A stretch of DNA of 64,000 nucleotides, taken from the NCBI GenBank assembly GCA_902491345.1, contig CABUHI010000004.1:33306-97305 (forward strand), given 5' to 3'. Shown piece by piece: positions 50,255 to 60,228 of this stretch; within the stretch, counting starts at the first letter, position 1; each line of letters starts with the position of its first letter. Under the pieces are notes generated by a model. The model saw only the letters and a list, made by a program, of their open reading frames with translations, ran no database searches and was not told the origin of the DNA. The position numbers and the translations under genes were made by a program. The stretch comes from an uncultured Collinsella sp. GTDB taxonomy: Bacteria; Actinomycetota; Coriobacteriia; Coriobacteriales; Coriobacteriaceae.

Positions 50255-51241
50255 CTACTCGTCGTCCCCGTCGTTGGGGTCGCCCTTGAGGGTGTTGATG
50301 TCCAGGTACTGGTTATCGTCCTCTTTTTGCTGGGTTTCCGACTCCGCTTGGGTGGGGCCGCGGAACAGCTGGAATCCCTCAAACGCAATGACGCCGAGCA
50401 GGGCGATGATAATGGCGATAAAGGCAACCTTGACTGCCTGCGGAAATTCCGAGAAACGCAGCGCCTTTTCCTCGGCGTAATAATCGGCGAAGCGCTCTTC
50501 GCCCGTGCTTTTGGTATACGCCGGCGCGGACGCGGCCTCCGGGTCATATTCCGGTGCAGGCGTGGCGGCGTACGGATCGTTGAGATAATCGCTCGATGCG
50601 GTGCCATAATCCTCGGTCTCGATGCGACCGGTGCCAGCATGGCCATCGGAATAATCGGAATATGCCGCACCGCCCTCATAGTCCGCGGCGCCCGTGTTGG
50701 CGGCAAAAAGCGGGTTAACTGGAACATCGAGCGCCGGCATGCCGGTAGAGGTCTCATCCAGATCGGCTGCAGCCCAGGAATCGTGGGCAACCTGATGGGC
50801 AACGGGCTCATCGAGCCTTGTGACCGGAAGCTTGCGTGCCGCAGGAACAGGTAACTGCTGGGCGCTGTACATAACGGTGCTGTCGGCCGATTTGCCCTGC
50901 GTCGCTGCAGCGAGAAATGCCGCCGTCTCGGACGGGTCACTTGCGGGGCGGGGAGCTGGTGTGGGCGCCGAAGTGGGTGTGGGTGTGGGCGCGGGCGTCG
51001 AAACAGGCGACTGCGCAGGAGTCGACGCAGATGCGGGCTTAGGCGCAAGTGCGGGATTGGGGCTTGACGGGCGAGCCCCGCCGCCCATGAGTTCGTCGGC
51101 GGTCCACGGGCGATCATCCATCACGTCGTCAAGGCTCAGCGAAAACAGGTCGTCTTCACCCTCATCGAACATGCGGTGCACATGTCCACCAATTGCCGGA
51201 ATCAATCCGCGACCGGTGCATGATGCCTTGCTCAACGCCAT
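50255..51241 (-). CDS. Acidic, Pro/Ala-rich low-complexity protein with a single C-terminal TM helix
   Basis: PT/PA repeats, VAFIAIIIALLGVIAF hydrophobic segment; start uncertain (51241 or 51172). Confidence 0.65.
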   Translation of the reverse strand: MALSKASCTGRGLIPAIGGHVHRMFDEGEDDLFSLSLDDVMDDRPWTADELMGGGARPSSPNPALAPKPASASTPAQSPVSTPAPTPTPTSAPTPAPRPASDPSETAAFLAAATQGKSADSTVMYSAQQLPVPAARKLPVTRLDEPVAHQVAHDSWAAADLDETSTGMPALDVPVNPLFAANTGAADYEGGAAYSDYSDGHAGTGRIETEDYGTASSDYLNDPYAATPAPEYDPEAASAPAYTKSTGEERFADYYAEEKALRFSEFPQAVKVAFIAIIIALLGVIAFEGFQLFRGPTQAESETQQKEDDNQYLDINTLKGDPNDGDDE

Positions 51242-51364
51242 TCTGTTCCACCCTTTCGAAATACCAATGACATCGATTATATGGAACTTCCCAAGCGGCT
51301 CGGTCTTGGATTCGAGCTTTCCAGAACTCGCGCCCAAAAGGGGAGGGGCAATCTAGGCGAGTGC

Positions 51365-52018
51365 CTACTTGTCGCCGGCCGCCGCCTTGGCCTCATTGAG
51401 GTAACTATAGAAGCTGTATTTGGAGATGCCAAAGAACTCGCAGGCGCGCTCGCTCGACTTGGAAATGAGGAAGGCTCCGCGACGGTCGAGGTAGCCAATG
51501 GCACGAATGCGCTCGTCTTTGGTCATGAGTGCCGCGGGCTTGCCCACAAACTGCTCGCACTCGTGCAGCAGGTCCTCGAGCAGGTCGCCGATGTTCTTGG
51601 TAATGGGCTCGGGCTCGGTGTAGCCCGTGCCGCCGGTGCCGGTAAAGGCGTCGAGCGAACGCTCAAAAGCCTTCATAAGCGTAATGTCAAAGTTGATGCC
51701 CAAAATGCCGACGGGTTTGCCCTCATCGTTGCGGATAAAGATCGTCGAGGACTTGAGCAGCTTGCCATCGGTGGTTTTGGTGAGGTATGGCTCGCGGTCG
51801 TGTACGTCGGTGGCGCCCTCGTGCATGGACTCAAACACGATATGGCTGGGGCCGTCACCCAGTTTGCGCCCGCTGACGTGGCCGTTTTCGATCACTACGA
51901 TGGAGTGGTCCACGTCCTCGGTCTCCAGATCGTGGACGACGACTTCGCAGTTGGGGCCAAATTGGAGCGCCAGACCGTGTGCAAGGCGCTTATAAAACTC
52001 AATCTGTGCGGGGGTCAT
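51365..52018 (-). CDS. YheO-like PAS + HTH transcriptional regulator (copy 2)
   Basis: QFGPNCEVVVHDL, ENGHVSGRKLGDGPS, LKSST, GAFLISKS, SFYSYL. Confidence 0.92.
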   Translation of the reverse strand: MTPAQIEFYKRLAHGLALQFGPNCEVVVHDLETEDVDHSIVVIENGHVSGRKLGDGPSHIVFESMHEGATDVHDREPYLTKTTDGKLLKSSTIFIRNDEGKPVGILGINFDITLMKAFERSLDAFTGTGGTGYTEPEPITKNIGDLLEDLLHECEQFVGKPAALMTKDERIRAIGYLDRRGAFLISKSSERACEFFGISKYSFYSYLNEAKAAAGDK

Positions 52019-52136
52019 AGGTGCCTTCCTAAAAATTAGTTTGGGCACACTTTGCCATAAACCACACTTGTTCGCAAATGTCGAAGGTGTCGCTGCGTTA
52101 TGTGACCGTTCGGCGGCGAAAAGGTACCGATTGCGG

Positions 52137-52204
52137 TAACAAACAATTTGTTAGGTTTGCCAATCAAAAAGTGTGATAGAACAGTGCTAACAAACTTTTT
52201 GTTT
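52137..52204. promoter_or_regulatory. Two palindromic operator-like sites in the regulator/ygeX divergent intergenic region
   Basis: TAACAAACAATTTGTTA (52137-52153) and TAACAAACTTTTTGTTT (52188-52204). Confidence 0.6.
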
Positions 52205-52295
52205 GGCATCCACATAAAAGTTCAGTCGCATGAATGGGAATGGGCTGAAACGCGTATGCGGGGGCCGGCAAGAGAGGACTTAAGGAGTTCACCGT

Positions 52296-53510
52296 ATGGC
52301 CGATAAGATCCAGTGGGCGGGCAACACGATGCCCAAGAGCGATGACAAGCACTTGGGAATCATGAGCCTCGACCACGTGAAGAAGGCCCGCGCCTTCCAC
52401 CAGTCGTTCCCCCAATATACCGTCACTCCGCTTGCCCGCCTGGATGGCCAGGCTGCGCGCCTGGGCCTGTCCAACCTGTGCGTTAAGGACGAGAGCTATC
52501 GCTTTGGCCTCAACGCCTTTAAGGTTCTGGGCGGCTCGTTTGCCATGGCCAATTACATTGCCGACGAGACCGGCAAGGACGTTGCCGAGTGCACCTTCGA
52601 TTACCTGACCTCCGATCAGCTTGCCAAGGACTTTGGCCAGGCCACCTTTTTTACCGCTACCGACGGCAACCATGGCCGCGGCGTGGCATGGGCTGCCAAC
52701 AAGCTGGGTCAGAAGGCCGTCGTGCACATGCCCAAAGGTTCCACCAAGCCCCGCTTCGATAACATCGCCGCCGAGGGCGCCACGGTGACCATCGAAGAGG
52801 TCAACTACGACGAGTGCGTGCGCATGGCCGCCGCCGAGGCCGACGCCTGCGAGCGCGGCGTCATCGTTCAGGACACTGCCTGGGAGGGCTACGAGAAGAT
52901 CCCGTCTTGGATCATGGAGGGCTACGGCACCATGGCTTCCGAGGCTGCCGAGCAGCTGCGCGAGATGGCCATCAATCGCCCGACGCACGTCTTTGTCCAG
53001 GCTGGCGTGGGCTCGCTGGCTGGCGCCGTGGTGGGCTACTTCACCAACCTGTATCCCGATAACCCGCCCACCTTCGTCGTGGTTGAGTGCGCGCCTGCCG
53101 CCTGCCTGTACAAGGGCGCTGCCGCCGGCGACGGCGATCCGCGCATCGTGGGCGGCGACATGCCCTCCATCATGGCCGGTCTGTGCTGCGGCGAGCCCAA
53201 CATCTTGGGCTGGGATATCCTGCGCAACCACACCACCGCCTTCGTGTCCTGCCCCGACTGGGTCACCGCTCGCGGCATGCGCACCCTGGGCGCTCCCGAG
53301 AAGGGCGACCCGCGCGTCATTTCCGGCGAGTCCGGCGCTGTGACCACCGGCCTGGTCGAGACTCTCATGCTCGATCCCGAGTACGCCGAGCTCAAGGAGC
53401 TCATCGGCCTGGATAAGACGAGCTCCGTGCTCTGCTTCTCCACGGAAGGTGACACGGACCCCGACCAGTATCGGCGCATTGTCTGGGAAGGCGAGTATCC
53501 CACTTGCTAA
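52296..53510 (+). CDS. dpaL: Diaminopropionate ammonia-lyase
   Basis: KDESYRFGLNAFKVLGGS PLP-Lys motif, ATDGNHGRG, QAGVGSLA, SGESGA (YgeX). Confidence 0.96.
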   Translation: MADKIQWAGNTMPKSDDKHLGIMSLDHVKKARAFHQSFPQYTVTPLARLDGQAARLGLSNLCVKDESYRFGLNAFKVLGGSFAMANYIADETGKDVAECTFDYLTSDQLAKDFGQATFFTATDGNHGRGVAWAANKLGQKAVVHMPKGSTKPRFDNIAAEGATVTIEEVNYDECVRMAAAEADACERGVIVQDTAWEGYEKIPSWIMEGYGTMASEAAEQLREMAINRPTHVFVQAGVGSLAGAVVGYFTNLYPDNPPTFVVVECAPAACLYKGAAAGDGDPRIVGGDMPSIMAGLCCGEPNILGWDILRNHTTAFVSCPDWVTARGMRTLGAPEKGDPRVISGESGAVTTGLVETLMLDPEYAELKELIGLDKTSSVLCFSTEGDTDPDQYRRIVWEGEYPTC

Positions 53511-53584
53511 TCGTTGGGGCGGAGTAAATAGGTATCGCTCCGCCATCTCACAGGTAGATTCCTTCGTTTGAAAGGTTATGAACA

Positions 53585-54970
53585 ATGGCTAAAGAACTCG
53601 ATTTCGAAGCTATCAAGGTTGCTGCTGAGTCTCATCGTGCTGATATGACGCGTTTTCTTCGCGCAATGATCTCCCATCCCTCTGAGTCTTGCGAAGAGGG
53701 CGAGGTCGTCGCCTGCATCAAGGCCGAGATGGAGAACCTTGGCTATGACGAGGTCAAGGTCGACGGCCTGGGCAACGTTATGGGCTTTATGGGCGAGGGC
53801 GACAAGATCATCGCTATCGACTCCCACATCGACACTGTCGGCATCGGCAACATCGAGAACTGGGATGCCGATCCCTATGAGGGCTACGAGACCGACGAGA
53901 TCATCTACGGCCGCGGCGGCTCCGACCAGGAGGGTGGCATGGCTTCTGCTACCTACGCTGCCAAGATGATGAAGGACATGGGCCTCATCCCCGAGGGCTA
54001 CAAGATCATGGTCGTCGGCACTGTCCAGGAAGAGGACTGCGACGGCATGTGCTGGCAGTACATCTACAACAAGGACGGCATTAAGCCCGAGTTTGTCATT
54101 TCCACCGAGCCCACCGACGGCGGCATCTATCGCGGTCACCGCGGCCGCATGGAGATCCGCGTCGACGTTCACGGCACCTCCTGCCACGGCTCTGCTCCCG
54201 ACCGCGGCGACAATGCCATCTACAAGATGGCCGACATCATCGCCGACGTTCGCGCTCTCAACAACAACGGCTGCGACGAGTCGACCGACATCAAGGGCCT
54301 CGTCAAGATGCTCGATCCCAAGTACAACCCCGAGCACTTCGAGGACGCCCGCTTCCTGGGCCGCGGCACCTGCACCGTCAGCCAGATCTTCTACACCAGC
54401 CCCAGCCGTTGCGCTGTCGCTGACTCCTGCGCCATCTCCATCGACCGTCGCATGACCGCCGGTGAGACCTGGGAGTCCTGCCTGGACGAGATCCGTAACC
54501 TGCCGGCAGCCAAGAAGTACGGCGACGACGTGAAGGTCTCCATGTACATGTACGACCGTCCGTCCTGGACCGGCGAGGTCTACGAGACCGAGGCTTACTT
54601 CCCCACGTGGATCAACAAGGAGACCGCTCCGCACGTCAAGGCCCTCGTCGACGCCCATAAGGCTATGTTCGGTGACGAGCGCATCGGCTGCGAGCCCAGC
54701 ATGGACAAGCGCACCGGTCGTCCGCTGTGCGACAAGTGGACCTTCTCCACGAACTGCGTTTCCATCCAGGGCCGCTATGGCATCCCCTGCGTCGGCTTTG
54801 GCCCGGGTGCCGAGTCTCAGGCTCACGCTCCCAACGAGGTCACCTACAAGGACGACCTGGTCACCGCTGCCGCCATGTATGTGGCTGCCCTGAACCTCTA
54901 CGATCCGAGCCAGGCCGATGGCGATGCCACCGTGTTCCGCGCCGGTCTGACCAACAACAAGATCGACTAG
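53585..54970 (+). CDS. ygeY: YgeY family M20 metallohydrolase
   Basis: [38 protein letters not shown]. Confidence 0.94.
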   Translation: MAKELDFEAIKVAAESHRADMTRFLRAMISHPSESCEEGEVVACIKAEMENLGYDEVKVDGLGNVMGFMGEGDKIIAIDSHIDTVGIGNIENWDADPYEGYETDEIIYGRGGSDQEGGMASATYAAKMMKDMGLIPEGYKIMVVGTVQEEDCDGMCWQYIYNKDGIKPEFVISTEPTDGGIYRGHRGRMEIRVDVHGTSCHGSAPDRGDNAIYKMADIIADVRALNNNGCDESTDIKGLVKMLDPKYNPEHFEDARFLGRGTCTVSQIFYTSPSRCAVADSCAISIDRRMTAGETWESCLDEIRNLPAAKKYGDDVKVSMYMYDRPSWTGEVYETEAYFPTWINKETAPHVKALVDAHKAMFGDERIGCEPSMDKRTGRPLCDKWTFSTNCVSIQGRYGIPCVGFGPGAESQAHAPNEVTYKDDLVTAAAMYVAALNLYDPSQADGDATVFRAGLTNNKID

Positions 54971-55171
54971 TCCCATTCCTCGATCTTGTTGAGCCGGGGG
55001 CAGTTTATGCCCCCGGCGCCTCCTGTTGACTTGGGGCCCGCGGTCGTTATCTCCCATGCTTCCTCGACGGTGGCGGGTCCTCGTCATAGCGCTCTGCATG
55101 TTCTAGCCACACGCGCATGCCGGAGCGCATCTACTCATTGCGATCGTTTCACCTTTAGAAAGGACATTTAC

Positions 55172-56374
55172 ATGGACGCCAAGTTTACCGAGCTCGTCGA
55201 GCAGCTGAACGGCCTCGATTTTAAGGGTATGTACGGCAGCGACTTCCTGCACACCTGGGATAAGACCACCGATGAGCTCAAGGCGCTCTACATCGTCGCC
55301 GACGCTCTGCGCGAGCTGCGCGAGAACAACGTTTCGTCCAAGATCTTCGATTCGGGCCTGGCCGTCTCGCTGTTCCGCGACAACTCCACCCGTACGCGCT
55401 TCTCCTTCTCTAAGGCCGCCAACCTGCTCGGCCTTGAGCTGCAGGACCTGGACGAGAAGAAGTCCCAGATCGCTCACGGCGAGACCGTCCGCGAGACCGC
55501 TACCATGATCTCCTTCATGGCCGACGTCATCGGCATCCGCGACGACATGTACATCGGTAAGGGCGACGCCTACATGGCCGAGGTCTCCGAGTCTGTCCAG
55601 CAGGCTTACGAGGACGGCGTTCTGGATCACCGTCCCACGCTCATCTCCCTGCAGTCCGACTCCGATCACCCCACGCAGTCCTCTGCCGACATGCTCTACC
55701 TTATCAACGAGTTTGGCGGCCTCGAGAACCTCAAGGGCAAGAAGGTTGCCGTCACCTGGGCCTATTCGCCTTCTTACGGCAAGCCGCTGTCCTGCCCGCA
55801 GTCGCTGATCAGCCTGCTGCCCCGCTTTGGCATGGACGTCACCCTGGCTCACCCCGAGGGCTACGACCTCATGCCCGAGGTCGTCGAGCGCGCCAAGAGC
55901 TATGCCGCCGAGTCCGGCACCACCTTTAAGCAGGTCAACACCATGGCCGAGGCCTTCGAGGGCGCCGACATCGTGATCCCCAAGAGCTGGGCTCCGTTTG
56001 CCGCCATGGAGAAGCGCACCAACCTGTACGCCGAGGGCGACGACGCCGGCATCGCAGCGCTCGAGAAGGAGCTGCTCGCCCAGAACGCCACCCATCAGGA
56101 CTGGTGCTCCACGACCGAGCTCATGGAGAAGACTGCCAACGGCCAGGACACCATCTTTATGCATCCGCTGCCCGCCGACATCTCCGGTGTCTCCTGCGAG
56201 CACGGCGAGGTTAACGCCGACGTCTTCGACATGCACCGTGTGGGCATGTACAAGGAGGCCAGCTACAAGCCGTACGCCATCGCAGCCATGATGTTCCTGC
56301 AGAAGGTTGCCAATCCCGCCGCTACCCTCAAGGCCCTCGACGAGCGCAACACCGCCCGTTGGTTCCAGGCCTAA
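55172..56374 (+). CDS. ygeW: Knotted carbamoyltransferase YgeW
   Basis: FRDNSTRTRFS, HGETVRET, DHPTQ, WAYSPSYGKPLS, MHPLPADI. Confidence 0.96.
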   Translation: MDAKFTELVEQLNGLDFKGMYGSDFLHTWDKTTDELKALYIVADALRELRENNVSSKIFDSGLAVSLFRDNSTRTRFSFSKAANLLGLELQDLDEKKSQIAHGETVRETATMISFMADVIGIRDDMYIGKGDAYMAEVSESVQQAYEDGVLDHRPTLISLQSDSDHPTQSSADMLYLINEFGGLENLKGKKVAVTWAYSPSYGKPLSCPQSLISLLPRFGMDVTLAHPEGYDLMPEVVERAKSYAAESGTTFKQVNTMAEAFEGADIVIPKSWAPFAAMEKRTNLYAEGDDAGIAALEKELLAQNATHQDWCSTTELMEKTANGQDTIFMHPLPADISGVSCEHGEVNADVFDMHRVGMYKEASYKPYAIAAMMFLQKVANPAATLKALDERNTARWFQA

Positions 56375-56397
56375 AGCCGGGTTGAGGTAAGCCATGT

Positions 56398-56438
56398 AAA
56401 GGGGGCGCTCTGCCAACCGGCGGGGTGCCCCTTTTTTG
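56398..56438 (+). terminator. Terminator after ygeW
   Basis: AAAGGGGGCGCTCTGCC...GGCGGGGTGCCCC followed by TTTTTT. Confidence 0.75.
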
Positions 56439-56524
56439 CATCGCGGGCGTGCGGGATAAGCGCTTTCGATGTGGATGCCCGCGGCGCGAGTTATGGGTAC
56501 GATGGTTTCAGGGGAGGTATCACC

Positions 56525-57139
56525 ATGAAACTTGGATGCGTCATTATGGCTTCGGGCGAGGGCAAGCGGTTTGGCTCTAACAAGATGCTTGCCGATATCT
56601 ATGGCGAGCCGCTGGTTGCCCGAACCATCGATTCGGTTCCCCGGGGCTTTGACGTTGTGGTTTCGACGCGTTGGCCCGAGGTCGTCCAGATTTGCGAGGA
56701 CAAGCATTGCCCGTGCGTGCTGCACGATGGCGAGCTGCGCAGTCAAAGCATTAAGGCGGGCCTTTCGTGGGGGGCAGAACGCAACTGGAAAGGTTGCCTC
56801 TTTTTGCCGGGCGACCAGCCGCTCGTGAGTTTGGATTCTTTTGAGGCTATGGTTCGTGCATTTGACGAGCGTGGCCGCAAACATCCGGCGCGTCTTGCGT
56901 GCAACGGTGAGCCTTCGAGCCCGGTGCTCTTTCCGGCGGAACTGTTCGATGCACTTATGTGTCTTGAGGGCAAGGACGGCGGGGGCTCGATTCTCAAAGG
57001 TCGCGTCGACGTTGCGCTGGTCGAGGCGCGTGCCTACGAGCTGTGGGACGTCGATACCGTCAAGGGACAGCGACGCATAACGGAGCATATCGCGGCCTGC
57101 TCGTATTTTGATCGCGTGGCCAACTGTATGAATCGATAA
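56525..57139 (+). CDS. Molybdenum cofactor cytidylyltransferase (MocA/YgfJ-like)
   Basis: MASGEGKRFGSNKML, PGDQP, PVLF, DVDT. Confidence 0.85.
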   Translation: MKLGCVIMASGEGKRFGSNKMLADIYGEPLVARTIDSVPRGFDVVVSTRWPEVVQICEDKHCPCVLHDGELRSQSIKAGLSWGAERNWKGCLFLPGDQPLVSLDSFEAMVRAFDERGRKHPARLACNGEPSSPVLFPAELFDALMCLEGKDGGGSILKGRVDVALVEARAYELWDVDTVKGQRRITEHIAACSYFDRVANCMNR

Positions 57140-57147
57140 GGAGCAAC

Positions 57148-58515
57148 ATGATCATCATCAAAAACGGCGCGCTCGTGACGCCCCAGGGGCTTCGCCGCGC
57201 CGATCTTGCCATGGAGGGCGACAAGATTGTGCGGATCGCCGCGGCGATTGAGCCGGCCGAGGGCGATACCGTCCAGGACGCCACCGACTGTTGGGTGTTC
57301 CCCGGCTTTATCGACGGCCACACGCACATGCAGTGCTGGACTGGCATGGATTGGACGGCCGATAGCTTTGAGACCGGTACGCGTGCGGCTGCCTGCGGCG
57401 GTACGACGACCATCGTGGACTACGCGACGGCCGATCGCGGCGTGACCATGCCCGATGCCTTGGCCGAGTGGCATCGCCGCGCCGACGGAACCTGCACGGC
57501 CAACTACGCGTTTCATATGGCACTCGCCGAGTGGAATGAATGCAACCGCGCCGATCTTTCGGCCATGCGCGAGGCGGGCGTGTCGTCGTTTAAGACCTAC
57601 TTTGCCTATGACCACCTGCGCCTGGACGACGCCGAGACGCTCGAGGTGCTGGAGGAGCTCAAGCGCGTGGGCGGTATCCTGTGCGTGCATTGCGAGAACG
57701 GCACGCTGGTGAATGAACTGCAGAAGCGCGTGTACGAGCAGGGGATTCATGGGCCCGAGGGACATGCGCTCAGCCGTCCGGATGTGTGTGAGGCCGAGGC
57801 CGTGAGCCGCCTACTGTATCTGGCACACTTGGCCGGCGACGCCCCGGTCAACGTGGTGCACCTTTCGACCAAGCTGGGGCTCGAGGCCATTCGCGCCGCC
57901 AAAGCGCGCGGGCAGAAGAACATCTATGTCGAGACATGCCCTCAGTATCTGATACTCGACGACACCTGCTATCTGGAGCAGGGCGAGGACGGCTTTGCGG
58001 GCGCCAAGTACGTGATGAGCCCGCCGCTGCGCCATGCTGGCGACCGCGCCGCGCTGCGCGAGGCACTTGTGGCCGGCGAGATCGATACCATCGCCACCGA
58101 CCACTGCAGCTTTAATCTGCACGGGCAAAAGGACCGCGGGCGCGACGACTTCCGCGCGATTCCCAACGGCGGGCCCGGCGTGGAGCATCGTCCCGTCGCG
58201 ATTGCCACGAGCTTTGAGGGACAGCTGGGCCCCGAGGACCTTTGCCGCTTGATGAGCGAGAACCCGGCGCGCGTCTTTGGCATGTATCCGCGCAAGGGCT
58301 GTCTTGCCGAGGGTGCCGATGCCGACGTGTGCGTATGGGATCCCAAGGCGCGTTGGACGATCAGTGCCGCGACGCAGCATCAGGCCGTGGACTACACGCC
58401 GCTCGAGGGCTTTGAGGCACATGGCCGCGCCAAGGCTGTGTTTGTGAACGGCGTGCTGGCTGCGCGCGACGGCGAGCCCACCGGAGCCCAGCCCGGCCGC
58501 TACGTGCCCCGCTAA
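57148..58515 (+). CDS. hydA: Dihydropyrimidinase / hydantoinase (HyuA/YgeZ-like)
   Basis: PGFIDGHTH, GGTTT, SFKTY carbamylated Lys, HCENG, ETCPQYL, SPPLR, ATDHC. Confidence 0.92.
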   Translation: MIIIKNGALVTPQGLRRADLAMEGDKIVRIAAAIEPAEGDTVQDATDCWVFPGFIDGHTHMQCWTGMDWTADSFETGTRAAACGGTTTIVDYATADRGVTMPDALAEWHRRADGTCTANYAFHMALAEWNECNRADLSAMREAGVSSFKTYFAYDHLRLDDAETLEVLEELKRVGGILCVHCENGTLVNELQKRVYEQGIHGPEGHALSRPDVCEAEAVSRLLYLAHLAGDAPVNVVHLSTKLGLEAIRAAKARGQKNIYVETCPQYLILDDTCYLEQGEDGFAGAKYVMSPPLRHAGDRAALREALVAGEIDTIATDHCSFNLHGQKDRGRDDFRAIPNGGPGVEHRPVAIATSFEGQLGPEDLCRLMSENPARVFGMYPRKGCLAEGADADVCVWDPKARWTISAATQHQAVDYTPLEGFEAHGRAKAVFVNGVLAARDGEPTGAQPGRYVPR

Positions 58516-58530
58516 CAGGGGGGGGTGCCG

Positions 58531-58567
58531 GGGTAGCTAATTTGGGACGGGGCTCTTTTAGCTACCC
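58531..58567. repeat. REP-like hairpin with GGGACGG loop between convergent genes
   Basis: GGGTAGCTAA-tttgggacggggctctt-TTAGCTACCC. Confidence 0.6.
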
Positions 58568-58587
58568 TGGGGGCTAGACCAGCGGGT

Positions 58588-59322
58588 CTACTTGAGACTG
58601 GTGGCGATGATGGGGCGGCTGAGGGCTACCTGGAAGCGATCTGCCATCGTTGAGTCGGCAAGCGTGTCGACTTGGTTGAGCATGACGCGTGCGGTGCTGA
58701 GTCCCAGCGCCTGCATCTCGGAATTGAGCACCTGGGCGACGCGCTCGGGCGTGGCGATGTCGGTGAGCTCGCAGCCGCAACGCTCGCAAAAGAGCTCGGG
58801 GCGGTGGACGGCTTCGTTGATGGGCTTGCCGAGCCCCGAGGCGCCGACGAGCCAGATGACGTTGGCCGTGCCGGCGGGAACGACCGGCTCCCACGGGGCG
58901 TGGGCCTTGAGCGGGAGCCGCTTGCTGCCGTCCGCCTCGGCCAGGACGTAGTCAAAGCGCTGCGCCAGCTGGTCGAGCGGCTCGGCAGGGGAGGAGAGCT
59001 TGCCCGTCTCCGGGTCCAAAACACCCGCCTGGCAGATACTTCCGCGGCTCATGCCCGCGCATGCCTCGCAGGTGCAACCGGGGACATGCGAGGCGCCCGG
59101 CTTCCAAGGCGCGGCGTCCAGGCGACGGCTCGACCCGTCCCACGGCACGCCGGCGACGGGGAACATATGCGTGGTGGTGCAGAGGAGCGCGCGGCCGCCA
59201 GCGCGCATAAGCTCAAGGCCGAGCGTCTTTAGCAAGGTCGACTTGCCACCGCTGCCGATAATCGCGGTAATGCCCGGCTTGATCCTGAGCGCCGAGGCAA
59301 GATTGCCGCTAACCGTTTCCAT
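58588..59322 (-). CDS. yqeC: Selenium-dependent hydroxylase accessory protein YqeC
   Basis: IIGSGGKST, TTTHM, EADGSKRLPLKAH..EPVVP, HRPE. Confidence 0.92.
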   Translation of the reverse strand: METVSGNLASALRIKPGITAIIGSGGKSTLLKTLGLELMRAGGRALLCTTTHMFPVAGVPWDGSSRRLDAAPWKPGASHVPGCTCEACAGMSRGSICQAGVLDPETGKLSSPAEPLDQLAQRFDYVLAEADGSKRLPLKAHAPWEPVVPAGTANVIWLVGASGLGKPINEAVHRPELFCERCGCELTDIATPERVAQVLNSEMQALGLSTARVMLNQVDTLADSTMADRFQVALSRPIIATSLK

Positions 59323-59424
59323 CTGTTCACCGCCGTATAATACTGTGATAATAAATAATCATCAGAGTAGCGGTCGAACCGCATTTGCTCTGCTCAAACC
59401 GTAGCACAGGGAGGTGTCCCGGGA

Positions 59425-60219
59425 ATGCTCGTTTATGTTCGCGGCGCCGGCGATATCGCCACGGGTGTGGCTGCTCGTCTGGTGCGCGCCGGCGTGTCGG
59501 TCGTCATGGCCGATATCGCGGTCCCCACGTGCATCCGTCGCACGATCAGTTTTTGCGAGGCCATTCGCTTGGGCGAGGTCGAGGTCGAGGGCATTCGCGC
59601 TCGCTTGGCACAGTCGCCGGCTGAGGCGCTTGCGATTACCGAGGCGGGGGATGTCGCCGTGGTGGTGGACCCCCAGGCCAAGATGCTCGACGAACTGAAA
59701 CCCGCTGCCGTGGTCGACGCAATTCTGGCTAAGCGCAACCTGGGCACCACGCGCGATATGGCGCCTGTCGTTATCGCCGTGGGGCCGGGCTTTACCGCGC
59801 CGGTCGATTGCGACGCCGTGGTCGAGACCATGCGCGGTCATTTCCTCGGCCGCGTCATCACCCAGGGCTCGCCCCAGCCCAATACGGGCGTGCCGGGTGT
59901 CATCGCCGGCTATGGCAAGGAGCGCGTTATCCACAGCCCCGCCGCCGGCGTGTTTCGGTCCGACCATGCGATCGGCGATATCGTGAGCGCCGGAGACGTG
60001 ATTGGCTACGCGGGCGATACGCCCATGGTCACGCAGATTGACGGCTGCCTGCGCGGCCTTTTGGCAGACGGCGTTCGAGTTACCGAGGGCTTTAAGTGCG
60101 CCGATGTCGACCCGCGCGGCGACACCAGCTACATCAACTATATTTCGGACAAGGCGACATCGGTCGGCGGCGGCGTGCTCGAGGCGCTCGCCATGCTCAC
60201 CGACGTTTTTAGGGGATAG
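59425..60219 (+). CDS. yqeB: Selenium-dependent molybdenum hydroxylase system protein YqeB
   Basis: VRGAGDIATGVA, IRRTISF, DAILAKRN, GPGF, ETMRGH, DVDPR, ISDKA..GGGVLEA. Confidence 0.93.
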   Translation: MLVYVRGAGDIATGVAARLVRAGVSVVMADIAVPTCIRRTISFCEAIRLGEVEVEGIRARLAQSPAEALAITEAGDVAVVVDPQAKMLDELKPAAVVDAILAKRNLGTTRDMAPVVIAVGPGFTAPVDCDAVVETMRGHFLGRVITQGSPQPNTGVPGVIAGYGKERVIHSPAAGVFRSDHAIGDIVSAGDVIGYAGDTPMVTQIDGCLRGLLADGVRVTEGFKCADVDPRGDTSYINYISDKATSVGGGVLEALAMLTDVFRG

Positions 60220-60228
60220 GAAGCGACG

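Noticed and set aside
50950..51060. GTGGGT-type short tandem repeats
   Set aside because: Explained by Pro-Thr/Pro-Ala linker codons of the minus-strand membrane protein.
28000..51300. Prophage, ICE or integron as the island vehicle
   Set aside because: No integrase, relaxase, transposase, phage structural gene, tRNA target or attC-like site was recognised.
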